Assembly: GCA_037142675.1 (NCBI GenBank)
Contig: JBAXAF010000004.1
Span: 326 to 64,325 of the forward strand
Direction of reading: 5' to 3'
DNA length: 64,000 nucleotides
Source: Candidatus Berkelbacteria bacterium
GTDB taxonomy: Bacteria; Patescibacteriota; UBA1384; XYA2-FULL-43-10; CAINNR01
The position numbers and the translations under genes were made by a program. Shown here piece after piece: positions 28,756 through 38,897 of the stretch. A model generated the notes under the pieces. It had not been told where the DNA came from, searched no databases, and saw only the letters and a list, made by a program, of their open reading frames with translations. Numbering within the stretch: the first letter of the stretch is position 1; each line of letters starts with the position of its first letter.

Positions 28756-29628
28756 TTAAATATCCAAACTTTTCAAATAATCCTTAAGATCATCTCTTAA
28801 ATCGTCTCTCATTAATGCAAACTCGATATTGGTTTTAAGATAATTCAGGGGATTGCCAGTATCGTAAGATTTGCAACCTTTAACTTCGCAGCCATAAAGA
28901 GGCCCGTTTTTTACAATTGCATTCATGCCATCAACTAGCCAAATTTCATTGTCATTTCCAGGCACTGTCTCTTTTAGTGCCGGAAATATATCTGGTGTCA
29001 AAATAAAAGCACCTCGTTGTGCCAGGTTTGATGGTGGATTCTCTGGCCCAGGTTTTTCAACAATCCCTTTAAGTTCATGCACACCTCCACCAATATCTTT
29101 GCCGTCTAAAATTCCATATTGCGAATACTCTCGATCATTGGCCACTCTAAAGGCAGCAATAACTGGCCTTTCATATTTAGCATAAACCTCGGACATCTGG
29201 GTAATGGTAGGTGGATTAGCGAGATCGATTTCATCGGCCCAATGGACAACGAAGGGTTCGTTTCCAACCACTGCCTCAGCATTAAGAACTGGCGTTCCGT
29301 TACCGTAGTTTCCTTTCTGTCGTATGTAAACAAACTCAGCCATTCTAGAAATTTTTCTTATCTGATCTAGTATTTCCAACTTGCCATTTTTCTCGAGAAA
29401 ATTCTCCATTTCAGCGTCGTCATCAAAAAAATCCTCGATCTCGTGTTTGTGTGGATTGGTGACGATTATAATTTCTTCTATGCCGGACTTTACTAATTCT
29501 TCGACAACATAAAGAATCGTTGGTTTATCAACGACGGGTAACATCTCTTTTGGAATTGTTTTTACCGCTGGCAAAAAACGGGTACCATAACCCGCGGCCG
29601 GAATCACAGCCTTCCTGATCTTGCTCAT
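28756..29628 (-). CDS. galU: UTP-glucose-1-phosphate uridylyltransferase
   Basis: KAVIPAAGYGTRFLPAVKTIPKEMLPVVDKP. Confidence 0.88.
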   Translation of the reverse strand: MSKIRKAVIPAAGYGTRFLPAVKTIPKEMLPVVDKPTILYVVEELVKSGIEEIIIVTNPHKHEIEDFFDDDAEMENFLEKNGKLEILDQIRKISRMAEFVYIRQKGNYGNGTPVLNAEAVVGNEPFVVHWADEIDLANPPTITQMSEVYAKYERPVIAAFRVANDREYSQYGILDGKDIGGGVHELKGIVEKPGPENPPSNLAQRGAFILTPDIFPALKETVPGNDNEIWLVDGMNAIVKNGPLYGCEVKGCKSYDTGNPLNYLKTNIEFALMRDDLRDDLKDYLKSLDI

Positions 29629-29689
29629 ATTTCCACCCTGCTTATTGTTTTATCCATTAAGAATATTTTAAACTTAATATTATGTTTGT

Positions 29690-29810
29690 AAATGACTAAT
29701 ATCTAATTACTAATTCCTAATAAAATGCTCAATGCTCAAATGTCTAATTTTGGAATTTGATATTTGGAATTTGTTTAGAAATTAGAAATTAGGATTTAGA
29801 AATTGATTTT
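29690..29810. repeat. AT-rich intergenic repeat (family member)
   Basis: ...ttggaatttgatatttggaatttgtttagaaattagaaattaggatttagaaatt. Confidence 0.5.
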
Positions 29811-29813
29811 AGT

Positions 29814-30188
29814 CTAGCCCATCTCAATTTTCAGTGATTTAGTTTTTGACCTGGCGTCTTTTGGAATAATGATAGAAAGTAAGCCATTCTTCAGTTGTGC
29901 CTTGGCTTTTTCGGAGTTAACAGCAATTGGCAAAACAAATGTGCGACCAAAAGGCCCCCAGTAGCATTCTTGAACAAAATGTTGTTCATCTACTGCTTTG
30001 TGACCACTTTTCCGCTCGCCGCGAATAGTTACAACCTCGTCGGTAATTTGAACATCAATATCTGCTGGTGAGGTACCGGCAATTGGCGCCAAAATATAGA
30101 TATTTTCGTCATCTTGATAAACATCAATAGCGAGTTGACCCTCGGTCTCCTCGTCACCAACATTTATGTTGATATTGTCCTCACCCAT
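29814..30188 (-). CDS. Hsp20/alpha-crystallin small heat-shock protein
   Basis: 124 aa ACD fold, ...AIDVYQDDENIYILAPIAG... Confidence 0.82.
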   Translation of the reverse strand: MGEDNININVGDEETEGQLAIDVYQDDENIYILAPIAGTSPADIDVQITDEVVTIRGERKSGHKAVDEQHFVQECYWGPFGRTFVLPIAVNSEKAKAQLKNGLLSIIIPKDARSKTKSLKIEMG

Positions 30189-30511
30189 ATAAGACCCCTC
30201 TCTATATAGAAGAATGAATTATGAATGCAGAATTGTGAATTATGGTTTACCCAACATTCATCATTCTTGATTCAGTATTCACGTTATTTTTATCCCTATA
30301 ACCATTATAATCTGCAATAATATCGCCGTCAACAACCCCCCGTCATTCCGGATCTTCCGCAGTCTTTCGAAGATGACCCCGCGGGGTGACCCTGTGGGCT
30401 CGATCCGGAATCTGACAAACAAATTTCGAATTTGCGAAAAATCAAGATCAAAAAAAGAGCGGGGCTTGTTAGCCCCGCTATGTGCGGCGTTGGACTTGCT
30501 GGTTTTTGGCA

Positions 30512-30694
30512 TCACCGGAAAATCAGGAAGGTGATGACCGCCGGCGGAAGCCAGGCCGTGATAACCATGATTACGCCGATTGTACCTGCGGTTATCCTCC
30601 ACTTACTCATCTGGTGTTTAGCTGCCCATACTAGGAGATAGCCAGCTGCCAGGAGCTGGCATACTACAAGGACCATAAAGACAAGCGGTTGCAT
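30512..30694 (-). CDS. GC-rich 60-aa two-TM membrane peptide (cassette H)
   Basis: MQPLVFMVLVVCQLLAAGYLLVWAAK...; terminator agcggggcttgttagccccgct at 30448-30480. Confidence 0.45.
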   Translation of the reverse strand: MQPLVFMVLVVCQLLAAGYLLVWAAKHQMSKWRITAGTIGVIMVITAWLPPAVITFLIFR

Positions 30695-30706
30695 GACGTT
30701 TCCCTT

Positions 30707-31543
30707 CTATTGAAGTTTGGACAGCACTTCTAACACGGCCAGTGACCCGTAACCGATCTGTTGACGTCGCCCATGGTGAAACAGCAGGCACTCTGAGGGT
30801 GGTGGGTTGTTATCGTACTCAGTCGGAAGACCTAGCAGTGCCCGCTCGAGGAGTGTCATGCCAGAGCAGTTCTGTCGGACCGTCTGCCTGAAGGCCGTGA
30901 TGACATCGGCCAGTTCCGAGCTGACATCAGTTTGGTGGTCAGTCAGCAGTCTTTCGGCGAAAAAGGCTGAGACCGAAGGGGTGTAGAAGAGGGTCGAGGT
31001 CATGAAGTCCTCTACAGAACGCAGGCTTCTGGCTACATATTCCACGGTCCTCTTGGTGGCTTCGCCTAGACCACCCAGAAGGAAGTGGAGCCTGAGAATG
31101 TTGATCGAACTGGTCGGGTCCCAGTAGCTACCCGGGTTGTAGGGTGAGTAGTCGTCCTTGACCCAAACCCCGGTGCCCTTCTCGCTCTCGGAATTGGCGA
31201 TCAGTAGGTCGCGTGTCGGTGAGAGTGAATCGACGGATATCAACCCGGCTCTCACTAGCAGCCAGATGATAAACGCTGTATCCTCCCAGTCCGGAGGATA
31301 GAACGGGTTGAAGCACCAGAGCGCTCGTCCCTCACACTCATCCGGCACCCTCCTCGAGCTGAGAAATGTCAGCGCTTCAGCTACCTGTTTCTCGTCCATG
31401 TCGGTGAGCTGCGCGAGATAGACAACGATCGCCGTTATTGCGACCGTATCGACAGTTCTCGCCTCCCCCGTCTCCTTGTTATACATCGTCGTCGGCACCT
31501 GACCCGATTTCAGCTGCCCCGACAACTTTGTAGCGCCGATTGC
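30707..31543 (-). CDS. GC-rich hypothetical protein (cassette H)
   Basis: Start MAIGATKL with RBS gggag; about 278 aa. Confidence 0.55.
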   Translation of the reverse strand, partial: AIGATKLSGQLKSGQVPTTMYNKETGEARTVDTVAITAIVVYLAQLTDMDEKQVAEALTFLSSRRVPDECEGRALWCFNPFYPPDWEDTAFIIWLLVRAGLISVDSLSPTRDLLIANSESEKGTGVWVKDDYSPYNPGSYWDPTSSINILRLHFLLGGLGEATKRTVEYVARSLRSVEDFMTSTLFYTPSVSAFFAERLLTDHQTDVSSELADVITAFRQTVRQNCSGMTLLERALLGLPTEYDNNPPPSECLLFHHGRRQQIGYGSLAVLEVLSKLQ

Positions 31544-31689
31544 CATAATTATCACTCCCGTCCAAGTTTGTCCGATTTGTCAGACAGCTAATTATAGGTG
31601 GGTTACTTGCTAATATCTATACCGATTGACAGAAATACCGAAAAGATCTAAAATTAGTCTATAAATCAGTTGTCTAAAAGGTTCGACAA

Positions 31690-32442
31690 ATGTTTGTTAA
31701 ACAGCTTGAACAATTAGGACTCAATGAAACAGAAGCCAAAACATACTTGGCGCTTTTGAAAATCGGCAGTTCCTCGGTCGGAACTTTAAGCAAAGAATCG
31801 GGCATTGCTAGGACGACTCTTTACTATTCCATTGAAGAGTTGAAGAAGAAGGGTTTTGTCTTTGAAAAGCTTATAGATCAGAAAAAGCGCTTGATCCCAC
31901 GATCGCCGGAGTTCTTGGGTAAAAAAGCTGAGAAACTAGCGCAGCAGGCTCATGAGACGGCTAAGTCGATTTCCAGTCTTATTCCAGCATTAAAAAAGCT
32001 AGCCAAGGAAGATAGCTCTTATTCGACAGTCAACCACTATGAAGGCAAAGAGAGTGTTTGGGAAGTTTTTGAGATTATTCTGCGATCAAATAAAGATAGT
32101 TTGTGGTTTGGCTTTGGTCAGAGTTTTCTTGAGAATTATGATTTTGATTATTTTGTAACCAATTTCAGTAAAAAACGCCGACAGTTTGGACGCACAAAAT
32201 CCTTTAACATAATCCCGCCATTCAAAAGTGCAGCAAAAATAGCCACAAGGGGAGAAACCGATTTTCAAGAATTTCGGTTCTTGGGTAAAGATCAGAACTT
32301 TAATGCTGGTATTTGTATATTTGGAAATAAAATAGCAATTTTTTCATATGACAATGTTTTGTCGGCGACTTTAATTCAAGGCGACGCAATCGCAGAAATA
32401 GCTAGCACTATGTTTAAAATGATATGGAAATCTCTGAGCTAA
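31690..32442 (+). CDS. TrmB-family HTH regulator (paralog 3)
   Basis: LGLNETEAKTYLALLKIGSSSVGTLSKESGIARTTLYYSIEEL; promoter TTGACA-17-TAAAAT at 31625-31653. Confidence 0.8.
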   Translation: MFVKQLEQLGLNETEAKTYLALLKIGSSSVGTLSKESGIARTTLYYSIEELKKKGFVFEKLIDQKKRLIPRSPEFLGKKAEKLAQQAHETAKSISSLIPALKKLAKEDSSYSTVNHYEGKESVWEVFEIILRSNKDSLWFGFGQSFLENYDFDYFVTNFSKKRRQFGRTKSFNIIPPFKSAAKIATRGETDFQEFRFLGKDQNFNAGICIFGNKIAIFSYDNVLSATLIQGDAIAEIASTMFKMIWKSLS

Positions 32443-32454
32443 AGTATAAAAAAA

Positions 32455-32487
32455 CCAGCTTGGCAACTGCGCCAAGCTGGAACGGCT
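32455..32487. repeat. Hairpin direct repeat, copy A (also the terminator of cassette I)
   Basis: ccagcttggcaactgcgccaagctggaacggct. Confidence 0.7.
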
Positions 32488-32493
32488 AAAGTT

Positions 32494-33270
32494 TCACTGT
32501 TCGTCGACCCACCGTGCGATGCTCTCGAGCATTTGCCGCTCTGTCGGGTTATCAGCGTTGGGTAGCTTGGTGATGAGTGGTCGCTTGACTTCGACGTAGT
32601 GAAACGCCTTGGTTTCGGGTGGTTTCAGCGGTTTCCATCTCGTGGAGTGGATTTGAAGATCGAGCTTTTTTCTGGCCGACAATCCTCTCTTGTAATTAGG
32701 GCTAACCACCATACATTTTGTCTCGTTTAATACCCTGCAGCGAGAGTAGAAGTGGTTGGCAACTTCTATTGCAGACTTTCGAACGCACCAAACAACGTTG
32801 TCTTGTGGGTCTAACGCGTCAAGTACTGCTGTACCTAACCACGTGCTTCCAGAAGGAGCGTCCAACAGAACGTGATCAGCGCCAAGTTTTTTCAGGCGTG
32901 CTAGGATATCTCTAACTGAAAAGGCAAATTCCAAGTACCCGACGATCGTTTCTTGGATATTTGACCGCCACCGTTCGGCTGGGTCCTCGCTGACTGGTAC
33001 AACATATGCGCCATGATAAGCAGCGAGTTGCTTGAATGAGAGTCGTTTCACAGTGTCGTTGCTATTGAATCTTCTCATGTCTATCAGCTGGTTTGATGTA
33101 ACCGTCACGCTATCAACCAACGACAACATCTCCAGCATGTATGACCCATCAAAGTCCAAATCCACCAGGCATGTCTTTCGCCCCGCCTTGGCAAGCTCTA
33201 CCGCTAAAGCGATACTGAGCGTGGTTTTGCCCGTCCCACCAACTTGAGACACGATCGCTGTCGTTTTCAT
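32494..33270 (-). CDS. ParA/MinD-family P-loop ATPase (GC-rich, cassette I)
   Basis: AIVSQVGGTGKTTLSIALAVELAKAGRKTCLVDLD deviant Walker A. Confidence 0.7.
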   Translation of the reverse strand: MKTTAIVSQVGGTGKTTLSIALAVELAKAGRKTCLVDLDFDGSYMLEMLSLVDSVTVTSNQLIDMRRFNSNDTVKRLSFKQLAAYHGAYVVPVSEDPAERWRSNIQETIVGYLEFAFSVRDILARLKKLGADHVLLDAPSGSTWLGTAVLDALDPQDNVVWCVRKSAIEVANHFYSRCRVLNETKCMVVSPNYKRGLSARKKLDLQIHSTRWKPLKPPETKAFHYVEVKRPLITKLPNADNPTERQMLESIARWVDEQ

Positions 33271-33297
33271 ATTCCTAACCTCTTCCTTCTCGCTGTT

Positions 33298-33330
33298 TCC
33301 GGCTTGGCGTAACTGCCAAGCCGGAACGGT
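33298..33330. repeat. Hairpin direct repeat, copy B
   Basis: ccggcttggcgtaactgccaagccggaacggtt; about 80% identical to copy A. Confidence 0.7.
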
Positions 33331-34137
33331 TCAATCGTCCATGAGCTGGTTAAGCTTGTCTAGAGCCTCTAGTGTTAAGGAATCATCGATATTCCCCGAA
33401 TAGCAGCCGTAAGTGAGTTGCAGGGTGTCGAAAGCCTCTAATGGAGTCATGGCTTGCCTGATTCTAGCTCGAATGAGCTCCAATAGTCTGGGCTTGATTA
33501 ATGCTGTGCCTGGTTCCATGGAGTGAAAACGAACTTCGTACAACAGTGCGTCAAGGTTAGAGCACTGATGAGCACGATCCTTGGCCCCAGCCATCCACGG
33601 CTGCACACGGTTGTAAACGTTGATGACTTCCTTGGTGGTTCGACATTCGGAGAGAAGTCCATACCTTTCGAGCTGATCGGCGCCAGGTGAATTCTCAAAG
33701 ACTTCCTTAGCCTCAGCGACACTTCGTGAGTTCTTCAGTGCTTGCGTCGAAATCAAATGCCACTTGGCCCACGCTAGATCTGCGGCGGCTCTGTCATGTA
33801 CTTGTTTTGCCGCGTTGAATACCTTTCTGATTGCAGCCGTTTCAGAAAGTGCAATCCATTTTTCCAGAGCTAGATGGCGTAGCTTCTCGGGGCTGGCCCA
33901 AAAAGCTACCTCGGCCTCACTAGGACTTTGGGCCATCTTGATGGCTTTTGTAGTTAGTTTAGCCCATTTGGTATTGAACCTCCTCCTCGTTGGACTGTCC
34001 GTGTGGTGATACTGATACGTCATGCGGTCAAACTCTTTAGCGTCGGTGGCGTTATTGATAAACCATTTGATATATCTGTCTATCACCTCTTGCTCTCGAC
34101 GCTCCAGATCCACAGCCATATTCTTTTTTTGTTTCAT
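33331..34137 (-). CDS. GC-rich hypothetical protein (cassette I)
   Basis: 268 aa; RBS aagggcgaggag. Confidence 0.55.
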   Translation of the reverse strand: MKQKKNMAVDLERREQEVIDRYIKWFINNATDAKEFDRMTYQYHHTDSPTRRRFNTKWAKLTTKAIKMAQSPSEAEVAFWASPEKLRHLALEKWIALSETAAIRKVFNAAKQVHDRAAADLAWAKWHLISTQALKNSRSVAEAKEVFENSPGADQLERYGLLSECRTTKEVINVYNRVQPWMAGAKDRAHQCSNLDALLYEVRFHSMEPGTALIKPRLLELIRARIRQAMTPLEAFDTLQLTYGCYSGNIDDSLTLEALDKLNQLMDD

Positions 34138-34314
34138 TCTCCTCGCCCTTACAAATTGTTTATCTGAAACTACTTATTATTGCACTTGTAGGGGATCCAA
34201 CAATAACCTGGTTGGATATTTCACAAAAAATAATTTTAGCGCTTGCATTTCGATCTCAAAGATTATACAATTGTGTTAACTAATATCGTTAACAGACAAA
34301 TCTAGTCAGAGGGT

Positions 34315-35094
34315 TTGAAAAAAGGAAAAGGAATGCCAAAGATAAATTTAGAACAATTTGGGATGAGCAGTGAGGAAGCCAAGGTATATTTGGCTCTAGT
34401 AAAGCGTGGGTCGTCGGGAGTAATGGATATCTCCCATGAATCAAATCTTAGTCGCTCAACCACCTATTATCATTTGGAAGCCCTGCTTTCCAAAGGACTG
34501 GTTTCACAATCGTTTAATGGCAAGAAGCACATTTACACACCATCAAAGCCAAAGGTTTTAGAACGAATCTTAGAACAAAAGGAACTGGAACTTGCGGATC
34601 AAAAACAAAGTTTACCCAGCTTGCTAAAACGGATTGAAAACATTGCCGCCCAACAGGCGACGGATCCGGAAGCACAAATATTAAAGGGTAAAATTGGTCT
34701 TTTACAGATTCTTGACAGTGTTCTTGGTGCTTCGGGTGACATTTACTTCATTGGCTCGCATGATGTTGTTCTCAAAAACGAGAGCTTGTTTTCAACAGAA
34801 TTTTTTCTTCGTAATTTTACAGCCAAACGCCGGCAAAAAGGAAAAAGTGTTGCCTGGATCATTGGCGATGAAAGTGAAATTACTTTGCGCCAGAAGCGCG
34901 AACAAGATACGGAGTTTCGGAAAATTAAAGTTTGGTCAGAACTTGCGAACATGAATGGCGGTTTAATTGTCTATGGCTCAAAGGTGTTGTTTTACAGTGT
35001 TTCAGGAGAAGCTACAGCTTATATCATCCACAATCCAGTAACTTCCGAGATCTTAAAAGTTATGTTTAAAATGATATGGAGTTCATTGGAATAA
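34315..35094 (+). CDS. TrmB-family HTH regulator (paralog 4)
   Basis: FGMSSEEAKVYLALVKRGSSGVMDISHESNLSRSTTYYHLEAL. Confidence 0.8.
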   Translation: MKKGKGMPKINLEQFGMSSEEAKVYLALVKRGSSGVMDISHESNLSRSTTYYHLEALLSKGLVSQSFNGKKHIYTPSKPKVLERILEQKELELADQKQSLPSLLKRIENIAAQQATDPEAQILKGKIGLLQILDSVLGASGDIYFIGSHDVVLKNESLFSTEFFLRNFTAKRRQKGKSVAWIIGDESEITLRQKREQDTEFRKIKVWSELANMNGGLIVYGSKVLFYSVSGEATAYIIHNPVTSEILKVMFKMIWSSLE

Positions 35095-35789
35095 AAAATC
35101 AAATTATTTCAGTTGGGTATTTTTTCCTCGATCTTATTTTCCCCAAAAAATGTGTTAATTGTGGGGAATTTGGTAGTTTTTGTTGTCAGAAATGTTTGGA
35201 GAAAATTAAGTCGATCGAAACTCAAGTTTGTCCGAAGTGTGGGAAAATATCGGACAGGGGAAAATGGTGTGCTAGCTGTAAAGGAAAGTCCAATCTTTCC
35301 GGCATCATTGTCGGTGCGCAATATCGAACCGGACCGACTAAGGAACTGATTCATCACCTGAAATACAATTTCATTCTTGACCTGTCGCCTATTTTGGCTG
35401 ATTTGCTGATAGACCAGCTCATTGACATCGACCTTCGCGGTGACATTATTGTCACATCTGTCCCGCTTCACCGCCGGCGACAAAACGAAAGGGGATTCAA
35501 TCAGGCCGAAGTCTTGGCCAAAATTGTGGCGAAAAAAGTTGGTTACAATTATTTGCCACTGCTCAAAAGAAAAATCCACAAAAAAACTCAAGTTGAGCTT
35601 TCTGGTGTGCAAAGAAGAGAGAACTTGGCGGGGATTTTTGATCCTGCTGATGTGAAAAATATAGTCGGAAAAACCATTATATTGATCGACGATGTCTCGA
35701 CCACCGGCACAACTTTGGAAGAATGTGCAAAGGTTTTGAGGGAAAATGGCGCCAAGCAAGTTTGGGGTTTGGTGGCGGCAAGGGGATAA
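35076..35789 (+). CDS. comF: ComF-family competence protein (phosphoribosyltransferase fold)
   Basis: N-terminal CxxC x2 zinc ribbon; C-terminal PRTase motif IILIDDVSTTGTT. Confidence 0.8.
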   Translation: MEFIGIKNQIISVGYFFLDLIFPKKCVNCGEFGSFCCQKCLEKIKSIETQVCPKCGKISDRGKWCASCKGKSNLSGIIVGAQYRTGPTKELIHHLKYNFILDLSPILADLLIDQLIDIDLRGDIIVTSVPLHRRRQNERGFNQAEVLAKIVAKKVGYNYLPLLKRKIHKKTQVELSGVQRRENLAGIFDPADVKNIVGKTIILIDDVSTTGTTLEECAKVLRENGAKQVWGLVAARG

Positions 35790-35882
35790 TAGTGAAATCA
35801 ATTTCTAATATCTAACTCCTAATTTCTAAACAAATACCAAATGTGAAATAAAAAATCTGCAAACGAGTTGTAGATTTTTTTT

Positions 35883-35972
35883 TGGCGGAGAGGGCGAGAT
35901 TCGAACTCGCGAGACCCTTGCAGGCCTTCCAGTTTTCAAGACTGGTGCACTCAACCACTATGCGACCTCTCC
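35883..35972 (-). tRNA. tRNA-Ser (anticodon TGA)
   Basis: Reverse complement ggagaggtcgcatagtggttgagtgcacc...cttgaaa loop...gagttcgaatctcgccctctccgcca; long variable arm. Confidence 0.8.
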
Positions 35973-36326
35973 AAAAAAATTATCTATTAAGTCAGTTGCT
36001 TTTGGGGTAATTGATCTTCTGCTGTGGAGACACTTTTTTACTAAATATTCTTGTTCGTTAGAATTTAAAACATACAACCAGTCATAAGCATTAATTTTAG
36101 TTTTTTTAACGATATAGCCAGTTGAATTAGAATGAATTCGTCGAAGGTCTACTTCCCCGCTACCAGAAAATCTAACCTGGATTCTTTTTAATATTCCATC
36201 TTTTTCAACAATTAGGTCGTAAGCTGCAGATTCGGTTAGCGGAATTGAAACATCGAAGCCTAATTTTGTCAGGCTCGCTATTGCTTTTGCTACTGCGTAA
36301 TCACCTTTTCTTTGGGTGTTTCTCAT
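35958..36326 (-). CDS. PD-(D/E)xK-fold nuclease-like small protein
   Basis: Start MRNTQRKGDYAVAKAIASLTKLGFDVSIPLTESAAYDLIVEKDGILKRIQVR has an Hjc/restriction-endonuclease-like D...E.K pattern; the ORF-track N-terminus overlaps the tRNA and was trimmed. Confidence 0.5.
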   Translation of the reverse strand: MRNTQRKGDYAVAKAIASLTKLGFDVSIPLTESAAYDLIVEKDGILKRIQVRFSGSGEVDLRRIHSNSTGYIVKKTKINAYDWLYVLNSNEQEYLVKKCLHSRRSITPKATDLIDNFFGEVA

Positions 36327-36373
36327 ACCAATATTATATCCGGTATGGGCAACAGTTTCAATTAAATGATTTC

Positions 36374-36466
36374 TGGCGGAAGGTGAGGGATTCGAACCCT
36401 CGTGGCGGCTTTTAGACCACCGACGGTTTAGCAAACCGTTCCCTTAAGCCACTCGGGCAACCTTCC
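36374..36466 (-). tRNA. tRNA-Ser (anticodon GCT)
   Basis: Reverse complement ggaaggttgcccgagtggcttaagggaacggtttgctaaaccgt...gagggttcgaatccctcaccttccgcca. Confidence 0.75.
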
Positions 36467-36597
36467 ACAGTTTCTAACCGATTCTAGCATTTTCAAAGTC
36501 GAATGACAACCGCTTGACAGCATCTCTTAGCGTCTGTTACGTTCATGGGGCCGAAAGGCGTACCTATCAAACGCTCTTGAAAGGAGCGAATACAATC

Positions 36598-37995
36598 ATG
36601 TCGGATACTCTTCTGTCTGCGGACGAGATCTGGGCTGCAGCGTTGCCGCTCCTTACCGAGCGGATTAGGCTCACGTCGATTGTCACTATGTTACGCAATG
36701 CTGAGGTTATCAGCTACGATGGCACGACGTTTGTGCTTGCTGTGAATGGTGACTTTTCCAGGGGGTTGCTTGTGGACGGTTTGCATCTTCCGACGATTAC
36801 CACCTGCTTGGAGCAAGTCGCCAAACAGCCAGTTCAACTTCAGGTTGAGGCGTCAGCTAATGCTGTGCCTTTGGCTGCTGTTGGATGTGCTGCAGAGCAA
36901 GTGCGACAGGAAAGTTTGCCCGTGGCTCAGCCACTGAATACCAGGTCGTCGCATGAGCAGCTTGAGACTATGCCGCTCAACGACCGTCATACCTTCGACA
37001 ACTTTGTTATGGCTGACTGCAATCGTTTTGCATTCAGCGCTGCCCAACAGGTTTGCCGAAACCCCGGGCGCAGCTACAATCCACTGCTCATCCACAGTAA
37101 GTCGGGTTTGGGCAAGACCCACCTGATGCAAGCGATCGGGCACGAGATACGCTCCCAGCACAGTGACATGGAAGTCGTCTACGTGTCCGCCGAGAACTTC
37201 GTCAACCAGATCATCTCTGCTATCCGCGACAATCGCACCGCCGAGTTCAGGCGGCGCTACCGCTACGTGGATGTCTGGCTGGTGGACGACATCCAGTTCA
37301 TCGCCGCCCTTGATGGCCCGGCGTCCGAAGAGGAGTTCTTCCACACCCTCAACACACTGTGTATCAACGACAAGCAAGTCGTCATCGCGTCGGATGTGCC
37401 GCCTCGTCAGTTGCAGATCGTGAATGTCCGTCTACGGAGCCGCCTCGAGATGGGAATTTTGGCCGACTTGCGTGCTCCGGATCTCGAAACTCGCATCGCC
37501 ATTCTCGAGAAAATGGCTGAGGCGGAGAAGACTCATATTCCTCGTGAAGTTTTGGAGTATTTGGCCAAGAAGGTAGAGAACAATATCCGAGTTCTTGGTG
37601 GGGCACTGCTGCAGTTAGTCGCCTATGCATCGTTGCATGGTAAACTAACTCTGGCGCTGGCCGGAGAAGCTCTGGAGAGCTACTCCACCAGCAAAGATGG
37701 GCGGCAGTTCAGTCTGGCCGAGATTGTTACCTACATCGCTGAACGATTCACCCAGAAGGCAAGTGATATCACTGGCCCAAAACGGAGCAAGGAGCTCGCC
37801 TGGCCACGGCAAGTAGCGATTTACCTCTGTCGGGAGCTGACCGACTACTCGCTGAGTGATATCGGTCACTTCTTCAACGACCGAGACCACTCAACCATCA
37901 ACTATAATTATGGAGTGGTACGCGACAGGATAGGAGAGGACGAGCAAACCCTCTGGCTGATGAACGACATGAAGGCACAACTGCGCGGTAGCTAG
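36598..37995 (+). CDS. Second, GC-rich DnaA-family replication initiator paralog (cassette J)
   Basis: Start MSDTLL (RBS aaaggagcg); AAA+ SKSGLGKTHLMQAIGHE; C-terminal HTH ...RQVAIYLCRELTDYSLSDIGHFFNDRDHSTINY...; terminator ccgccctgtgtatccgggcgg plus T-run at 38008-38040. Confidence 0.8.
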   Translation: MSDTLLSADEIWAAALPLLTERIRLTSIVTMLRNAEVISYDGTTFVLAVNGDFSRGLLVDGLHLPTITTCLEQVAKQPVQLQVEASANAVPLAAVGCAAEQVRQESLPVAQPLNTRSSHEQLETMPLNDRHTFDNFVMADCNRFAFSAAQQVCRNPGRSYNPLLIHSKSGLGKTHLMQAIGHEIRSQHSDMEVVYVSAENFVNQIISAIRDNRTAEFRRRYRYVDVWLVDDIQFIAALDGPASEEEFFHTLNTLCINDKQVVIASDVPPRQLQIVNVRLRSRLEMGILADLRAPDLETRIAILEKMAEAEKTHIPREVLEYLAKKVENNIRVLGGALLQLVAYASLHGKLTLALAGEALESYSTSKDGRQFSLAEIVTYIAERFTQKASDITGPKRSKELAWPRQVAIYLCRELTDYSLSDIGHFFNDRDHSTINYNYGVVRDRIGEDEQTLWLMNDMKAQLRGS

Positions 37996-38230
37996 CCGCG
38001 CATCGAGTTCCGCCGCCCTGTGTATCCGGGCGGTTTTTTCTTTGGCAGCTGGACGAATCGAAAGAAAATTGCTACTATTTATTCAGTGACATGTTTTTTG
38101 CTACAAGTAATTGATCGGCCCTCCTGCGCTCATGTTCGTCTCGTGGTTTTCATCCACGCTGCCGAAACTTTGCTTCGGAAGGGCGCGACAAAATACTATT
38201 AGAAGTAATTATTGAAGTCGCGGAGGGAAT

Positions 38231-38749
38231 ATGGCAGAAAAAGATATTGAAAAGAAGCCTGCGGTGAAGCCTGAGATTTTATCAACGGACAAACCAATTT
38301 TCTATTGGCAGGCAATTGAATTCGAAAGTCATGAAAAGCCAAATAATTGGCTTTTATACATCATTCTAATCGCTATTGCTTTGACCGCATTGATGATTTA
38401 TCTGAAAATGTGGCTTGGAGCAGCCGTCGTCGTTGCCGCTTGTTTTGCTCTTTACAGCCAGTCAGCTTCACGTGGCAAAAAACGGAGTTATGCTGTTTAC
38501 AACCAGGGAATAACTGTTGATAACAAGGTTTATACCTTTGATCAATTCAAATCCTTCTGGATCTTCACTTACCAAGAAAGGGCGATTATCCGTTTCGAGC
38601 AACTGAAGCGCTTCGCGATACCAATCGAAATGCCAATTGGTGAAGAAAATCCGGAACAAGTTCGGTTGTTTCTTACCAAGCATTTGCCAGAAATAGAAGG
38701 TCGCGGCGAAGATGTGACTGACACTATTAACAGATGGATTAAATTTTGA
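38231..38749 (+). CDS. Hypothetical membrane protein (native)
   Basis: 172 aa, two TM helices. Confidence 0.55.
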   Translation: MAEKDIEKKPAVKPEILSTDKPIFYWQAIEFESHEKPNNWLLYIILIAIALTALMIYLKMWLGAAVVVAACFALYSQSASRGKKRSYAVYNQGITVDNKVYTFDQFKSFWIFTYQERAIIRFEQLKRFAIPIEMPIGEENPEQVRLFLTKHLPEIEGRGEDVTDTINRWIKF

Positions 38750-38880
38750 CAGAGTCAAAATAAAACTCTAAATTCTAATTTCTAAACTCTAAACAAATTT
38801 GAAATTCAAATTTCTCAATGTTTTAAACATTTGATCATTTGAGATTTAGACATTGTTTGAGACTTAGTACTTATAATTTA
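38750..38880. repeat. AT-rich intergenic repeat (family member)
   Basis: ...ttctcaatgttttaaacatttgatcatttgagatttagacattgtttgag... Confidence 0.5.
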
Positions 38881-38897
38881 GGATTTGTTTTATTTTT

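Noticed and set aside
30279-30602. 107-aa ORF and a 12-bp perfect palindrome accccgcggggt (30372-30386) upstream of hsp20
   Set aside because: The ORF has no RBS and overlaps a terminator. The palindrome does not match CIRCE or other known heat-shock operators; noted only as a possible operator.
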